Assembly (NCBI GenBank): GCA_038213495.1
Contig: JBBQSY010000001.1
Coordinates: 30,800 to 94,799, forward strand
Direction: 5' to 3'
DNA length: 64,000 nt
Source: Bacteroidales bacterium
GTDB taxonomy: Bacteria; Bacteroidota; Bacteroidia; Bacteroidales; UBA4417
The notes under the pieces were generated by a model. It saw only the letters and a list, made by a program, of their open reading frames with translations. It ran no database searches and had not been told where the DNA came from. The translations under genes and the position numbers were made by a program. Positions 52,171 to 61,800 of this stretch are shown here, piece after piece. Positions within the stretch are counted from its first letter, which is position 1, and every line of letters begins with the position of its first letter.

Positions 52171-53286
52171 TTATATTTTAACTATAATATGCCGGCGATA
52201 CATCAGGCTTGCGACAAGCAACCAGAATCCCGTGAAAAGAAGTGCCCCCAACAATGAAGCATTCATGGGCGACAGGCCGGTTGACTCGTATTGAATAAAT
52301 AACCAGTTGTATAAGGAGATTTTAGAGGTTCCGGATGTAACCTTTATCATTCCTAATAAAATGGCACCTATTTCGGAACCAAAGTATGCAATAATGGCAT
52401 TGGTACCGAAAGCAAGAAAAGGTGGTGCGAACTGACGTATTCGCTTTATATCTGCAACCCAGTAGCAAATGCCCAGCACAACCATGGCCAGACCGGAAGT
52501 ATAGAGTACATACGAACCTGACCATAGCTGCTTATTGATAGGGAAGATCAGGCCCCAGGTCATACCCAGAAAAATCAGGATATTTCCAAAGACAAGCAGA
52601 AAGATGAGTTTATCCTGTTCGTTTTTAGATTTTATAAATGCATTCCCGGCAAGCACTCCCATGAAACCACTTACGATTGCCGGCAAAGTGCTTAAGATCC
52701 CTTCGGGGTCGTACAAGCGGGTATAAACCCAAACGTGCTTTCCGATAATCAACCTGTCGAGCCAGGCGGCCAGGTTTGTATTCTGATCCAGGTTTGCCGG
52801 GCCAAAATCCGGTACCGGAACCAGTGTCATCAGGGCCCAATAGCCAAGCAGCAAGCCGGCAGACACGTACCAGATCATTTTAATATCAGAATATAAAAGG
52901 AATAGTCCGCACACAAGGTTAACTATTGCAATGCGCTGCAACACCCCGGGAATGCGGATATTAGCCAGGTCATTGAATGGAAAACTATTGATTATAAGTC
53001 CCAGAATAAATATAATAGCCGAGCGCCTGAGAAGTTGCAGGAGCAATTTTGTTTTGGATGTTCCTTTTTTCAGTCGCTTTGTAATGGAAAGCACAGCCGA
53101 GAACCCCATAGCAAAAATAAAAAAAGGAAATACCAGGTCGGTGGGCGTACAGCCATTCCACTGGGAATGAAGCAGTACAGGGTATACATGGCTCCAGCTT
53201 CCGGGCGTGTTCACGATGATCATTGCCATGATTGTCATCCCCCGAAAGATATCCAGGGAAACTATCCTGTTGCCGGATGTGTTCAT
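52171..53286 (-). CDS. Heparan-alpha-glucosaminide N-acetyltransferase-like membrane acyltransferase (DUF5009/DUF1624)
   Basis: 371-aa polytopic ORF with the N-terminal motif RIVSLDIFRGMTIMAMIIVNTPG. Confidence 0.75.
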   Translation of the reverse strand: MNTSGNRIVSLDIFRGMTIMAMIIVNTPGSWSHVYPVLLHSQWNGCTPTDLVFPFFIFAMGFSAVLSITKRLKKGTSKTKLLLQLLRRSAIIFILGLIINSFPFNDLANIRIPGVLQRIAIVNLVCGLFLLYSDIKMIWYVSAGLLLGYWALMTLVPVPDFGPANLDQNTNLAAWLDRLIIGKHVWVYTRLYDPEGILSTLPAIVSGFMGVLAGNAFIKSKNEQDKLIFLLVFGNILIFLGMTWGLIFPINKQLWSGSYVLYTSGLAMVVLGICYWVADIKRIRQFAPPFLAFGTNAIIAYFGSEIGAILLGMIKVTSGTSKISLYNWLFIQYESTGLSPMNASLLGALLFTGFWLLVASLMYRRHIIVKI

Positions 53287-53481
53287 AAATGGAGGTTTTT
53301 CAATTTTAGATTTCTGATTATATCAAAACAAGTATCAAAAATACGATATACGGTACTCGAAAGTACAATGTTCCTGAATTCTTTTTAAAACGGCAGGCAA
53401 GCACGGAAAATAATATAAACCATTTACAAATTATGGAATTGCAAAACACGCTGAAACAAATACTTACGAATAATAAATATC

Positions 53482-53491
53482 TTTGTACAAA
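53482..53491. promoter_or_regulatory. Perfect 10-bp palindrome TTTGTACAAA overlapping a -7-like box (TATCTTTG at 53478-53485)
   Basis: Read directly. It lies in the divergent intergenic region between the acyltransferase and the NrtR-like regulator. A second GTACT-CGAA-AGTAC inverted repeat lies at 53353-53366. Confidence 0.35.
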
Positions 53492-53580
53492 TAATTGGAT
53501 TAAATTTAAGAAATTCTTCTAATTTTATACCTGATTTAATTAACCCGACTTAGTTTTTTTCCCTTGCTCAACTATTTTAT

Positions 53581-54315
53581 ATGTTAGAAGGACTAATTCC
53601 GAATGTTTCTGTCGATTGTGTGGTATTTGGGTTCGATTTCACAAATCTCAATGTGCTGTTGATTGACAGAAAGATCACTGTTGACAAAGTGGAGTATATT
53701 GACCTGAAATTCCCCGGCGATTTGATGCGAATGGATGAGGATCTGGATGAATCCGCAACCCGTATTCTTAAGGAAACCACAGGGCTAAGCAATATTTACC
53801 TGAAACAGTTTAAATCTTTCGGTTCACCCGACAGGCTAAAAAGGGAGCCGCGCGATATGGAATGGCTCCGCCAGATTGAACACCCGGAAGAACATGTAAT
53901 TACCATTGCCTACTATTCGCTTATTGATATTTCGGAACAGGGCAGTTCGGATTTGATTATCAGCGATAATGCCCATTGGTACCCGGTACATGAAGTTACT
54001 GACCTTGTTATGGACCATGCGGATATCTTAAATGATGCACTCGAACATCTGCGGATGGAATTATTGAATCAACCCATAGGTTTCGAACTTTTACCGGAGA
54101 AGTTTACGCTTTCGCAGATGCAGAAGCTTTACGAGGTAATACTCGGTACAACTTTCGACAAAAGGAACTTCAGGAAGAAAATTTCGAGTATGAAATACCT
54201 TATTCCGTTAAACGAAAAACAGGTCGGTGTTGCACACAAACCTGCCAGGCTGTATATTTTCAGCCGTGAGGTTTACACTAAAACAAAGAAAGATAATTTT
54301 GATTTCTCAGTATAA
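53581..54315 (+). CDS. NrtR/AraR-like regulator: degenerate Nudix domain plus C-terminal winged-helix domain
   Basis: 244 aa. The Nudix-box position reads GDLMRMDEDLDESATRILKETTG and lacks the REuxEE glutamates. The C-terminal approximately 90 aa are typical of NrtR-family DNA-binding domains. Confidence 0.65.
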   Translation: MLEGLIPNVSVDCVVFGFDFTNLNVLLIDRKITVDKVEYIDLKFPGDLMRMDEDLDESATRILKETTGLSNIYLKQFKSFGSPDRLKREPRDMEWLRQIEHPEEHVITIAYYSLIDISEQGSSDLIISDNAHWYPVHEVTDLVMDHADILNDALEHLRMELLNQPIGFELLPEKFTLSQMQKLYEVILGTTFDKRNFRKKISSMKYLIPLNEKQVGVAHKPARLYIFSREVYTKTKKDNFDFSV

Positions 54316-54339
54316 ATCAGATACTGATCACGGTATACG

Positions 54340-54795
54340 TTAGAATATTTCAAGAATTTTCATGGATTTGCCACGGAAAGTGAATGAATCGCCGACCTTA
54401 CAATCTTTCATGGCGGTGGCAAGAGGAACAACCGGAGAAATTACGTAATATGGTTTATTCTCAATTTCTACTTTACCGATTCCCAGCAGTATAAAGATAA
54501 TTTGTTTATTGAGCACCACCATGGCACCTGATTCGGCTGTTGTATATTGAGTATCGAATTTCATCTGACGCAGAAACCGCAACTCTTCGTCAATTGCTGA
54601 CAGTTGCTTGGCGAGCATATTGCGCTTGCGCATTAGCTGTGGCCTGAATGAATCGTACCTGTCTCTTGCCGGTCCATATTCGTTAGCGCTCTTCTCAGCC
54701 TCATTCATATCAGTAAGCAAACGGGCTTCCGACTCCTCCTTTAGCTCAATACATTTAGCTAATAACTTTTCCTTTATATTTGGATCTGTTGGCAT
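54340..54795 (-). CDS. GreA/GreB C-terminal-domain family protein (Rnk-like)
   Basis: 151 aa with an N-terminal coiled coil and a C-terminal ISPVVPLATAMKDCKVGDSFTF motif. Confidence 0.6.
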   Translation of the reverse strand: MPTDPNIKEKLLAKCIELKEESEARLLTDMNEAEKSANEYGPARDRYDSFRPQLMRKRNMLAKQLSAIDEELRFLRQMKFDTQYTTAESGAMVVLNKQIIFILLGIGKVEIENKPYYVISPVVPLATAMKDCKVGDSFTFRGKSMKILEIF

Positions 54796-54927
54796 AGTTT
54801 ATATTATTTGTCTACTAAACGTTTCGATTATTTTTCATGTAAAGATAATTGTTTTCAGATACAGTATCTTTGCCGAAAGCAAATATTAAGTGATTTAGCT
54901 GTTTTAATCACCGTTATCCCAACACTT

Positions 54928-55905
54928 ATGCTCATATTTTACAGGCCCTTTACAGATCCATACTTCAACATTGCTGCCGAAGAATACTTTGTGAAGCATG
55001 CAACGGATGATATCTGTATGGTATGGATAAATGAGCGCTCGGTAATAATTGGCAAGCATCAGAATGCATTTGCAGAGATCAACTATCCCTATGTGAAAGC
55101 GAATAATATTCCCGTAATCAGGCGTATAAGTGGCGGCGGGGCCGTGTACCATGATACAGGGAATGTGAATTTTACATTTATTTCAAAGACGGTTAAAACC
55201 AACCAGGTCGACTTTGGACGATTTACCGCCATACTCGCATTATTTATGCAAAGTTTTGGAATTGATATAAATGTGAGCAAACGCAACAGCCTTTTCATTG
55301 GAAATCTGAAATTCTCGGGACATGCCGAGCATATTTTTCACGACAGGGTGTTGCATCATGGAACAATACTTTTTAATACGGATCTGGAAGCGTTGCAGAA
55401 TAGTTTGAATCCCGAAAAAGAATACCGCGGAAAAGCCTTGTCGTCAGTCCGCAGCGAAGTTTGCAATATTGCCCCCCTCCTACCCGAAAACATTGATATT
55501 CATCACTTTGTAAATCAATTTGTCACATGGCTGAAGGAATATTATACAGGAAGCATATTCCATCAATTGGAAGAAAATGAGCTGGATGCAATCAATCAGC
55601 TATCGGAAACAAAATATAAAACCTGGCAATGGAATTTTGGATATTCTCCTGCCTACAGGTTCCGGGTGGATATTCCAACAGTAACAGGTTCATTTTCAAT
55701 TTTGCTATCAGTTGAAAATGGTAAATTTGTTACTATTGAGCTTCAGGATGGACTAAAAAACGATGGGATAGCCGATATCCTGAACAGCCTAACAGGTATA
55801 TTACACGAAGAATCTGAAATTGACAAATTTGTTAAAAAAAACCGCCTTAAACTTGAACTTACAGGGATTAAGACTGTTACTTTTACCGAAGCATTTTTCA
55901 GGTAA
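54928..55905 (+). CDS. lplA: Lipoate--protein ligase
   Basis: The start is taken at internal MLIFYRPFTDPYFNIAAEEYF. Motifs include RRISGGGAVYHD and KFSGHA. Confidence 0.85.
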   Translation: MLIFYRPFTDPYFNIAAEEYFVKHATDDICMVWINERSVIIGKHQNAFAEINYPYVKANNIPVIRRISGGGAVYHDTGNVNFTFISKTVKTNQVDFGRFTAILALFMQSFGIDINVSKRNSLFIGNLKFSGHAEHIFHDRVLHHGTILFNTDLEALQNSLNPEKEYRGKALSSVRSEVCNIAPLLPENIDIHHFVNQFVTWLKEYYTGSIFHQLEENELDAINQLSETKYKTWQWNFGYSPAYRFRVDIPTVTGSFSILLSVENGKFVTIELQDGLKNDGIADILNSLTGILHEESEIDKFVKKNRLKLELTGIKTVTFTEAFFR

Positions 55906-55954
55906 GATGTGCTTGTAGAAATTCAAACCGCAACCAAAGAAAAAATATAAATTT

Positions 55955-56761
55955 ATGGAGTCACAGGAAATTTTTGACAGGCTTTGGGTGGATTATATTA
56001 CCCGAAATCCTGAAGCCAAAAAAGTTTATGACAGTTTTATTTCAACAGGTGAAATAGTTGAGAATGACCATATTGCCTTTCGAACTTTTTTCGATACCAG
56101 GATAAATGTTGATATACTTGCCCGGCCTTTTCTTGAAGCAGGATACGTACAGAAAGGTTACTATATTTTCGAAGATAAACACCTTACGGCCAAGCATTAT
56201 GAGCACAAAACCCTGAGCAATGCCCCCAGGGTTTTTATCAGCCAGCTGATGACCGAACATTTCAGCCCGGCACTGCAATCCGTTGTAAAACAATGCACTG
56301 AGCGGGTGCCGGATGAGCTTGTATTCGGGAATGAACTGCTTTTTGCGGGAAATGTCTGGGGTCCACCATCCTACGAAACCTACGAAATGCTGCGCAAAGA
56401 ATCAGAATACGCCGCCTGGCTTTATGTTTATGGCTTTGAAACAAATCATTTTACAGTAAGTATTAATTCGCTCAGGAACTTAAACACAATTCAGAAAGTG
56501 AATAATTTTCTGAAGGAGCGTGGATTTGTGCTTAACAGCGCAGGCGGCGAGATAAAAGGAACCCCCGAAGAATTACTGGAGCAATCCAGCACCAGGGCAG
56601 GATTTCTTGAAGTGAATTTTGTTGAAGGCACTTTCGAAATACCCTCATGTTACTACGAATTTGCCATACGCTATCCGGATACGGATGGGAAATTGTATTC
56701 AGGTTTTATTGCGAAATCGGCGGATAAAATTTTTGAAAGCACTGATTTCTATAAAAAATAA
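55955..56761 (+). CDS. DUF1338-family protein (2-oxoadipate dioxygenase/decarboxylase HglS family)
   Basis: 268 aa with NDHIAFRTF and the downstream HFT pattern typical of DUF1338. Confidence 0.7.
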   Translation: MESQEIFDRLWVDYITRNPEAKKVYDSFISTGEIVENDHIAFRTFFDTRINVDILARPFLEAGYVQKGYYIFEDKHLTAKHYEHKTLSNAPRVFISQLMTEHFSPALQSVVKQCTERVPDELVFGNELLFAGNVWGPPSYETYEMLRKESEYAAWLYVYGFETNHFTVSINSLRNLNTIQKVNNFLKERGFVLNSAGGEIKGTPEELLEQSSTRAGFLEVNFVEGTFEIPSCYYEFAIRYPDTDGKLYSGFIAKSADKIFESTDFYKK

Positions 56762-56786
56762 ATGCAAATCTTATAAATTTTAAAAC

Positions 56787-56830
56787 GGTGGATCAGCTTT
56801 TTAATAGTTGATCTGCCTTTTTTATTTTTA
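56787..56830 (+). terminator. Intrinsic terminator after the DUF1338 gene
   Basis: 11-bp stem GGTGGATCAGC/GTTGATCTGCC (three G-U pairs) followed by TTTTTTATTTTT. Confidence 0.65.
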
Positions 56831-56969
56831 TCAACACAATGAATGTCAGTTAATTGTAAATATCTGATGTCGGGTTCTGATTCAATAAGGTTCGTTAATT
56901 AAACCTTTGGCAGGAGATTCCTGAGGTTTCAGTACAATTTACTACTTTTGAAGCAAATACGTTTTGCAC

Positions 56970-57665
56970 ATGATTAAAACATTCAGGTTGTCCATATTGC
57001 TCATTGTAAGCTACTTAGGAATTGGCTTTGCTTCAGCGCAACACACTAATTCGTTTGCCGGATTCAGGTATGGGTATGTTCTGCCCATGGGTGAATTTGC
57101 ATCACACAGGTTCGGGTATGGCGGTTATGCGCTGCTGGGAAAAAGTGTCGGAGCCGAGGCTGCCTGGTTTATAAATCCAAAACTTGGCTTTGGTGTTGAT
57201 TTTTCATCAAATTCCTTTGGTTTTGCAGCAGGTTATTTTGCCGAAGATTACCAGGAAAGTGATCCGTCATTCAGCCATGTGGATATGCTCTCAGGACCAT
57301 ACAAGCTTACAACTTATATGGTTGGTCCGTATTATAAAGTTACAATATCCCCGAAACTGTCTTCAACCTTTAAAATCATGGGAGGAATTCTGAAAGCCCG
57401 GACACCAGACCAGTTTTATGGTGTTGATGCTTTTATGATCGGTAAGATAACTTTCTGGAAAACCAGCTCAATGGATTCAAGATTCACCTTTCTTACAGGG
57501 GCATCTTTTGAGTACAAACTTTATGAGAAGGTCACTTTATTGCTGCAGGCCGATTTTACTTATGCGCAACTGGGCTTTACATTTATACAAGGAAACTCGA
57601 GTTATACCGATCATATGCACATGCCGGTTTTCCGCCTGCAACCCGGCATTAACATCCATTTATAA
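56970..57665 (+). CDS. Outer-membrane beta-barrel protein (porin-like)
   Basis: Signal peptide ending ASAQ, alternating aromatic/hydrophobic beta-strand pattern and a terminal aromatic-rich strand. Confidence 0.6.
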   Translation: MIKTFRLSILLIVSYLGIGFASAQHTNSFAGFRYGYVLPMGEFASHRFGYGGYALLGKSVGAEAAWFINPKLGFGVDFSSNSFGFAAGYFAEDYQESDPSFSHVDMLSGPYKLTTYMVGPYYKVTISPKLSSTFKIMGGILKARTPDQFYGVDAFMIGKITFWKTSSMDSRFTFLTGASFEYKLYEKVTLLLQADFTYAQLGFTFIQGNSSYTDHMHMPVFRLQPGINIHL

Positions 57666-57739
57666 AAACATAGGCGGTATCGTCTCTTTTTCTTCATTCA
57701 ATTGCAGTATTCATCACTAAGAGAAAAAATTTTTGAGTT

Positions 57740-58135
57740 ATGAAAAATATCAAAAAACACTATCATCTTAAAGCAACGGCAGAAGATATTTATACTGCCC
57801 TCACCAATCCGCTTACCATTGAAATATGGAGCGGTGCGTCGGCGGTTATGGAGCCTGTGGCCGGAACTGAGTTTTCGTTGTGGGATGGCGAAATTTCAGG
57901 GATTAACATCGAAATTGAACCCGGGAAAAAGATTGTGCAGGAATGGTATTTCGAAGACGAAGAAGGAATGCCTTCGGAACATAAATCGATTGTTACCATA
58001 AAGCTGCATGACGAAGGAAACTCCACTGATGTTGAACTTCTGCATATCAATATTCCCGATGAGGCTTTCGACAATATTGTTGACGGATGGGACAGGTACT
58101 ATTTTAAACCGTTGAAAGAACTGGTGGAAGAATAA
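57740..58135 (+). CDS. SRPBCC-superfamily protein (AHSA1/START-like)
   Basis: 131 aa. The pattern (YTALTNPLTIEIWSG...) is typical of Aha1-like SRPBCC proteins. The stop lies 1 nt before the next ATG. Confidence 0.65.
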   Translation: MKNIKKHYHLKATAEDIYTALTNPLTIEIWSGASAVMEPVAGTEFSLWDGEISGINIEIEPGKKIVQEWYFEDEEGMPSEHKSIVTIKLHDEGNSTDVELLHINIPDEAFDNIVDGWDRYYFKPLKELVEE

Positions 58136-58136
58136 A

Positions 58137-61076
58137 ATGGAAACCACAATCATTCCTCATAATAAGCTCGGTGAATTAAAGTCAGCAATCATAGGTGAAG
58201 TTTTTGCCGATGAATACACACGTTTACTTTATGCTACTGATGCTTCAGCCTACCGGCAAATACCACAACTGGTTGTCCGCCCGGCTAATGTTGAGGATTT
58301 GAAAACCCTGATTTTATTTGCCCGCAGCATGAAAACGTCGCTCATACCGCGTGCTGCCGGCACTTCGCTGGCAGGGCAGGTTGTAGGAGGAGGAATTGTT
58401 GCCGATATTTCAAAACATTTCACCCGGATCATTGAAATTAATACTGAGGAACACTGGGTCCGGGTGCAGCCTGGCGTGGTACTCGATGAACTGAACAAAG
58501 TACTTGAGCCGACCGGCTTATTTTTTGGACCTGAAACTTCGACTTCCAACCGATGCATGATAGGCGGTATGGTAGGGAATAATTCATGTGGCTCACATTC
58601 ATTGATTTATGGCAGCACACGTGATCATACACTTGAAGTAAAAGCCTTGTTAAGTGATGGATCTGAAGCTGTATTCAGGAAGCTTTCTAAACCTCAGTTT
58701 GAGGCAAAATGTTCTCTTGATTCACTTGAAGGTTCTATATACAGGAACATCCGTAATGTTCTGGCCAACTCCGGCAACCAGGATGAGATCAGGGAGCAGT
58801 TTCCTGATAAATCCATACATCGCCGCAATACAGGTTATGCTATCGATTTGTTGCTCGAAAGTGAGCCTTTTACAGAATCGGTTGAAGAGTTTAACTTCTG
58901 CAAATTAATAGCCGGTTCCGAAGGCACACTTTGTTTTATTACCGAAATAAAACTGAACCTTTCCCCTCTTCCGCCCAAAGAGAAAGCTCTTATCTGCGTT
59001 CACTGCAATACGTTGGACGAAGCTTTTAACGGAAATATTATTGCGCTGAAACACAGCCCTGTAGCCATTGAACTCATGGATCATGTGATCCTCGAACAAA
59101 CCAAAGCTAATATTTCGCAGCGTAAAAACCGGTTTTTCATACAAGGGGATCCGGTTGCAATGCTTATTATTGAGCTGGCTGAAGAAACAAGAGAAGAAAT
59201 TGACAGAAAAGCTGCGGCTCTAATCCACGATTTAAATAAGGCTGGTTACGGGTATCATTACCCTTTGGTATACAACCAGGATGTAAACAAAGTATGGGCT
59301 CTCCGGAAAGCCGGGCTGGGTGTTTTATCCAACCTGCCCGGAGATGCCAAACCGGTTGCCGTAATTGAAGATACGGCAGTTAATCCTGAAGTGTTGCCGG
59401 AATATATGAATGATTTCAGGCAAATGCTTGTGAGCCTGAACCTGGACTGTGTATTCTATGCCCACATAGCAACGGGCGAATTGCATCTGAGGCCGGTACT
59501 CAACCTGAAAGATCCGAAAGATGTGGAACTGTTTCATACTGTAGCGCTCGAAACGGCAAAGCTGGTGAAAAAATACCGCGGCTCACTCAGCGGCGAACAT
59601 GGTGATGGCCGCCTCAGGGGTGAGTTTATCCCGATGATGATAGGTGAGCATAATTATTCGCTGCTCCAAAGCATAAAAGATGCATGGGATCCCGAAGGTA
59701 TTTTTAATCCCGGAAAAATAACCGGTACTCCCAGGATGAACAGCAGTCTGCGCTTTGAACCGGGAGCTAATGTTACTGAACCGGAAACTGTATTTGATTT
59801 TTCAGGCACTCATGGGATTTTACGTGCAGCCGAACAATGCACCGGTTCGGCCGACTGCCGGAAAAGTGCGGTTATAGGGGGCACCATGTGTCCCAGTTAT
59901 ATGGCTACACTGGATGAAAACACAACTACGCGTGCCAGAGCCAACATCTTGCGTGAATTTCTCACACATTCCGACAAGAAAAACCGTTTCGACCATCAAG
60001 AGATTTACCAGGTAATGGATCTTTGCCTGTCGTGCAAGGGATGTAAGAGTGAATGCCCGAGCAATGTGGATATGGCAAGGTACAAGGCTGAATTTTTGCA
60101 GCACTGGCACGATGCCAACGGCATTCCTGTGCGCACCCTGATCATAGCCAATATTTCGAAGCTCAATAAGATCGGAATGCTTGTTCCTGCAATATTCAAC
60201 TTCTTTGTTACCAATAAGGTTACTTCGGGTATGATGAAGATGACATTGAACTTTGCACCAAAACGATCTATTCCGCAGCTTTACAAAATTTCGCTTCGCA
60301 ACTGGATTAAAAAGCTTTCGTCGGCTGAGAACATCGGATCTAAGGGCAAAGTATATTTATTTGCCGATGAATTCACTGATTTTAATGATGTTGAAATCGG
60401 AATTAAAGCTGTAAAACTGCTGAATAAACTCGGATACCAGGTTGAAATACCTGATCATGTTGAAAGCGGACGAGCATACCTTTCGAAAGGAATGGTGCGG
60501 AAAGCGCAAAAGCTGGCTAAGGAAAATATTGAAAAACTTTACCCTCTAATCTCCGAACAAAATCCTTTGATAGGTATAGAACCTTCGTCAATACTCAGTT
60601 TCCGTGATGAATATCCTGACCTGGTTGGCAACGAATTAAAAGCATCAGCTTTAACAATGGCACCTAACTGCCTGATGTTTGATGAATTCATAATGCGTGA
60701 GGTTGAAAAAGGAAATATAAGCAGTTCGCAATTCACGAATACAATACAACATGTCCGTTTGCACGGACATTGCCATCAGAAAGCGCTTGCATCAACCGGG
60801 CCAACCAAAGAAATGCTTTTGTTACCGGTAAATTATACGATTGATGAAATAAAATCAGGCTGTTGCGGAATGGCCGGCTCTTTCGGGTATGAGGCGGAGC
60901 ATTATGATGTTTCGATGAAGGTAGGTGAACTCGTTTTGTTTCCTGAAGTACGGAACACGCCTGAATTTTCTGTTATTTCGGCTCCGGGTACAAGTTGCCG
61001 TCACCAGATAAAAGATGGCACAGGACGCAGCGCACAGCATCCTATTGAAGTTCTTTATGATGCTCTTTTCAAATAA
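58137..61076 (+). CDS. FAD-linked oxidase fused to Fe-S and CCG domains (YdiJ-like, putative D-2-hydroxyacid dehydrogenase)
   Basis: 979 aa with an FAD_binding_4 N-terminus (RAAGTSLAGQ), a CLSCKGCKSECP ferredoxin-type cluster motif and C-terminal CCG motifs (SGCCGMAGSFG). Confidence 0.8.
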   Translation: METTIIPHNKLGELKSAIIGEVFADEYTRLLYATDASAYRQIPQLVVRPANVEDLKTLILFARSMKTSLIPRAAGTSLAGQVVGGGIVADISKHFTRIIEINTEEHWVRVQPGVVLDELNKVLEPTGLFFGPETSTSNRCMIGGMVGNNSCGSHSLIYGSTRDHTLEVKALLSDGSEAVFRKLSKPQFEAKCSLDSLEGSIYRNIRNVLANSGNQDEIREQFPDKSIHRRNTGYAIDLLLESEPFTESVEEFNFCKLIAGSEGTLCFITEIKLNLSPLPPKEKALICVHCNTLDEAFNGNIIALKHSPVAIELMDHVILEQTKANISQRKNRFFIQGDPVAMLIIELAEETREEIDRKAAALIHDLNKAGYGYHYPLVYNQDVNKVWALRKAGLGVLSNLPGDAKPVAVIEDTAVNPEVLPEYMNDFRQMLVSLNLDCVFYAHIATGELHLRPVLNLKDPKDVELFHTVALETAKLVKKYRGSLSGEHGDGRLRGEFIPMMIGEHNYSLLQSIKDAWDPEGIFNPGKITGTPRMNSSLRFEPGANVTEPETVFDFSGTHGILRAAEQCTGSADCRKSAVIGGTMCPSYMATLDENTTTRARANILREFLTHSDKKNRFDHQEIYQVMDLCLSCKGCKSECPSNVDMARYKAEFLQHWHDANGIPVRTLIIANISKLNKIGMLVPAIFNFFVTNKVTSGMMKMTLNFAPKRSIPQLYKISLRNWIKKLSSAENIGSKGKVYLFADEFTDFNDVEIGIKAVKLLNKLGYQVEIPDHVESGRAYLSKGMVRKAQKLAKENIEKLYPLISEQNPLIGIEPSSILSFRDEYPDLVGNELKASALTMAPNCLMFDEFIMREVEKGNISSSQFTNTIQHVRLHGHCHQKALASTGPTKEMLLLPVNYTIDEIKSGCCGMAGSFGYEAEHYDVSMKVGELVLFPEVRNTPEFSVISAPGTSCRHQIKDGTGRSAQHPIEVLYDALFK

Positions 61077-61087
61077 TCCCTAATAAT

Positions 61088-61636
61088 ATGCAAGGCAATT
61101 TCAGTCCTTTAAAGATTTTTAAATATTGTCCGCAATGCGGTAATTCGGGGTTTGCTCCCGATTCCGAAAAATCATTGAAATGCAGTAGCTGTGGTTTCGG
61201 GTATTTTATTAATATGAATGCCGCCGTGGCCGCAGTAATCCGTAACGCAAACAATGAAGTTCTTTTTACGGTGCGTAAACACAATCCTGCAGCCGGAATG
61301 CTTGATTTGCCGGGAGGTTTTGTGGACCTGGGTGAAACGGCCGAAGATGCCATCGTAAGAGAAGTTTACGAAGAGCTGAATCTGAAAATCAATAAAATGG
61401 AGTTTGTCGGTACTTTTATCAATACGTATCTGTATGGAGAAATTGAATACCAGACTCTTGACCTGGTTTTTAACTGCTCAGTTGAATCGTTCGATAAACT
61501 GAGGGTGGCCGATGATGTTTCCGGATATGTTTTCCGGGATCCGGCATCGGTAAGGCATGAAGAGATTGGTTTGGAATCGATCAGAAATATTGTTGATTTT
61601 ATGGTGAAAAATCAAAAAGCAAAGGATAATTCTTAG
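61088..61636 (+). CDS. NUDIX hydrolase with an N-terminal zinc ribbon
   Basis: CPQCG...CSSCG zinc ribbon and an intact Nudix box (LPGGFVDLGETAEDAIVREVYEELNL). Confidence 0.8.
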   Translation: MQGNFSPLKIFKYCPQCGNSGFAPDSEKSLKCSSCGFGYFINMNAAVAAVIRNANNEVLFTVRKHNPAAGMLDLPGGFVDLGETAEDAIVREVYEELNLKINKMEFVGTFINTYLYGEIEYQTLDLVFNCSVESFDKLRVADDVSGYVFRDPASVRHEEIGLESIRNIVDFMVKNQKAKDNS

Positions 61637-61651
61637 AAATTTGATTTCTAA

Positions 61652-61686
61652 CGATAATAGTATTGATATGTATCAAATACTATTAT
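61652..61686. repeat. AT-rich 16/17-bp inverted repeat (hairpin) at the left edge of the decayed region
   Basis: GATAATAGTATTGATA-TG-TATCAAATACTATTATC. A smaller hairpin TTAGAAAT-TTG-ATTTCTAA precedes it and contains the NUDIX stop codon. Confidence 0.6.
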
Positions 61687-61800
61687 CTTTGGTACTGTAC
61701 TTTGATAAATTTTTTCCATAAAAATGACTACAGAGGCGGAACTGATTGAGAATGTCAGAAAAGGAATGGCAAGTAAGAAAATTTTCTTAAAAACAATAAA

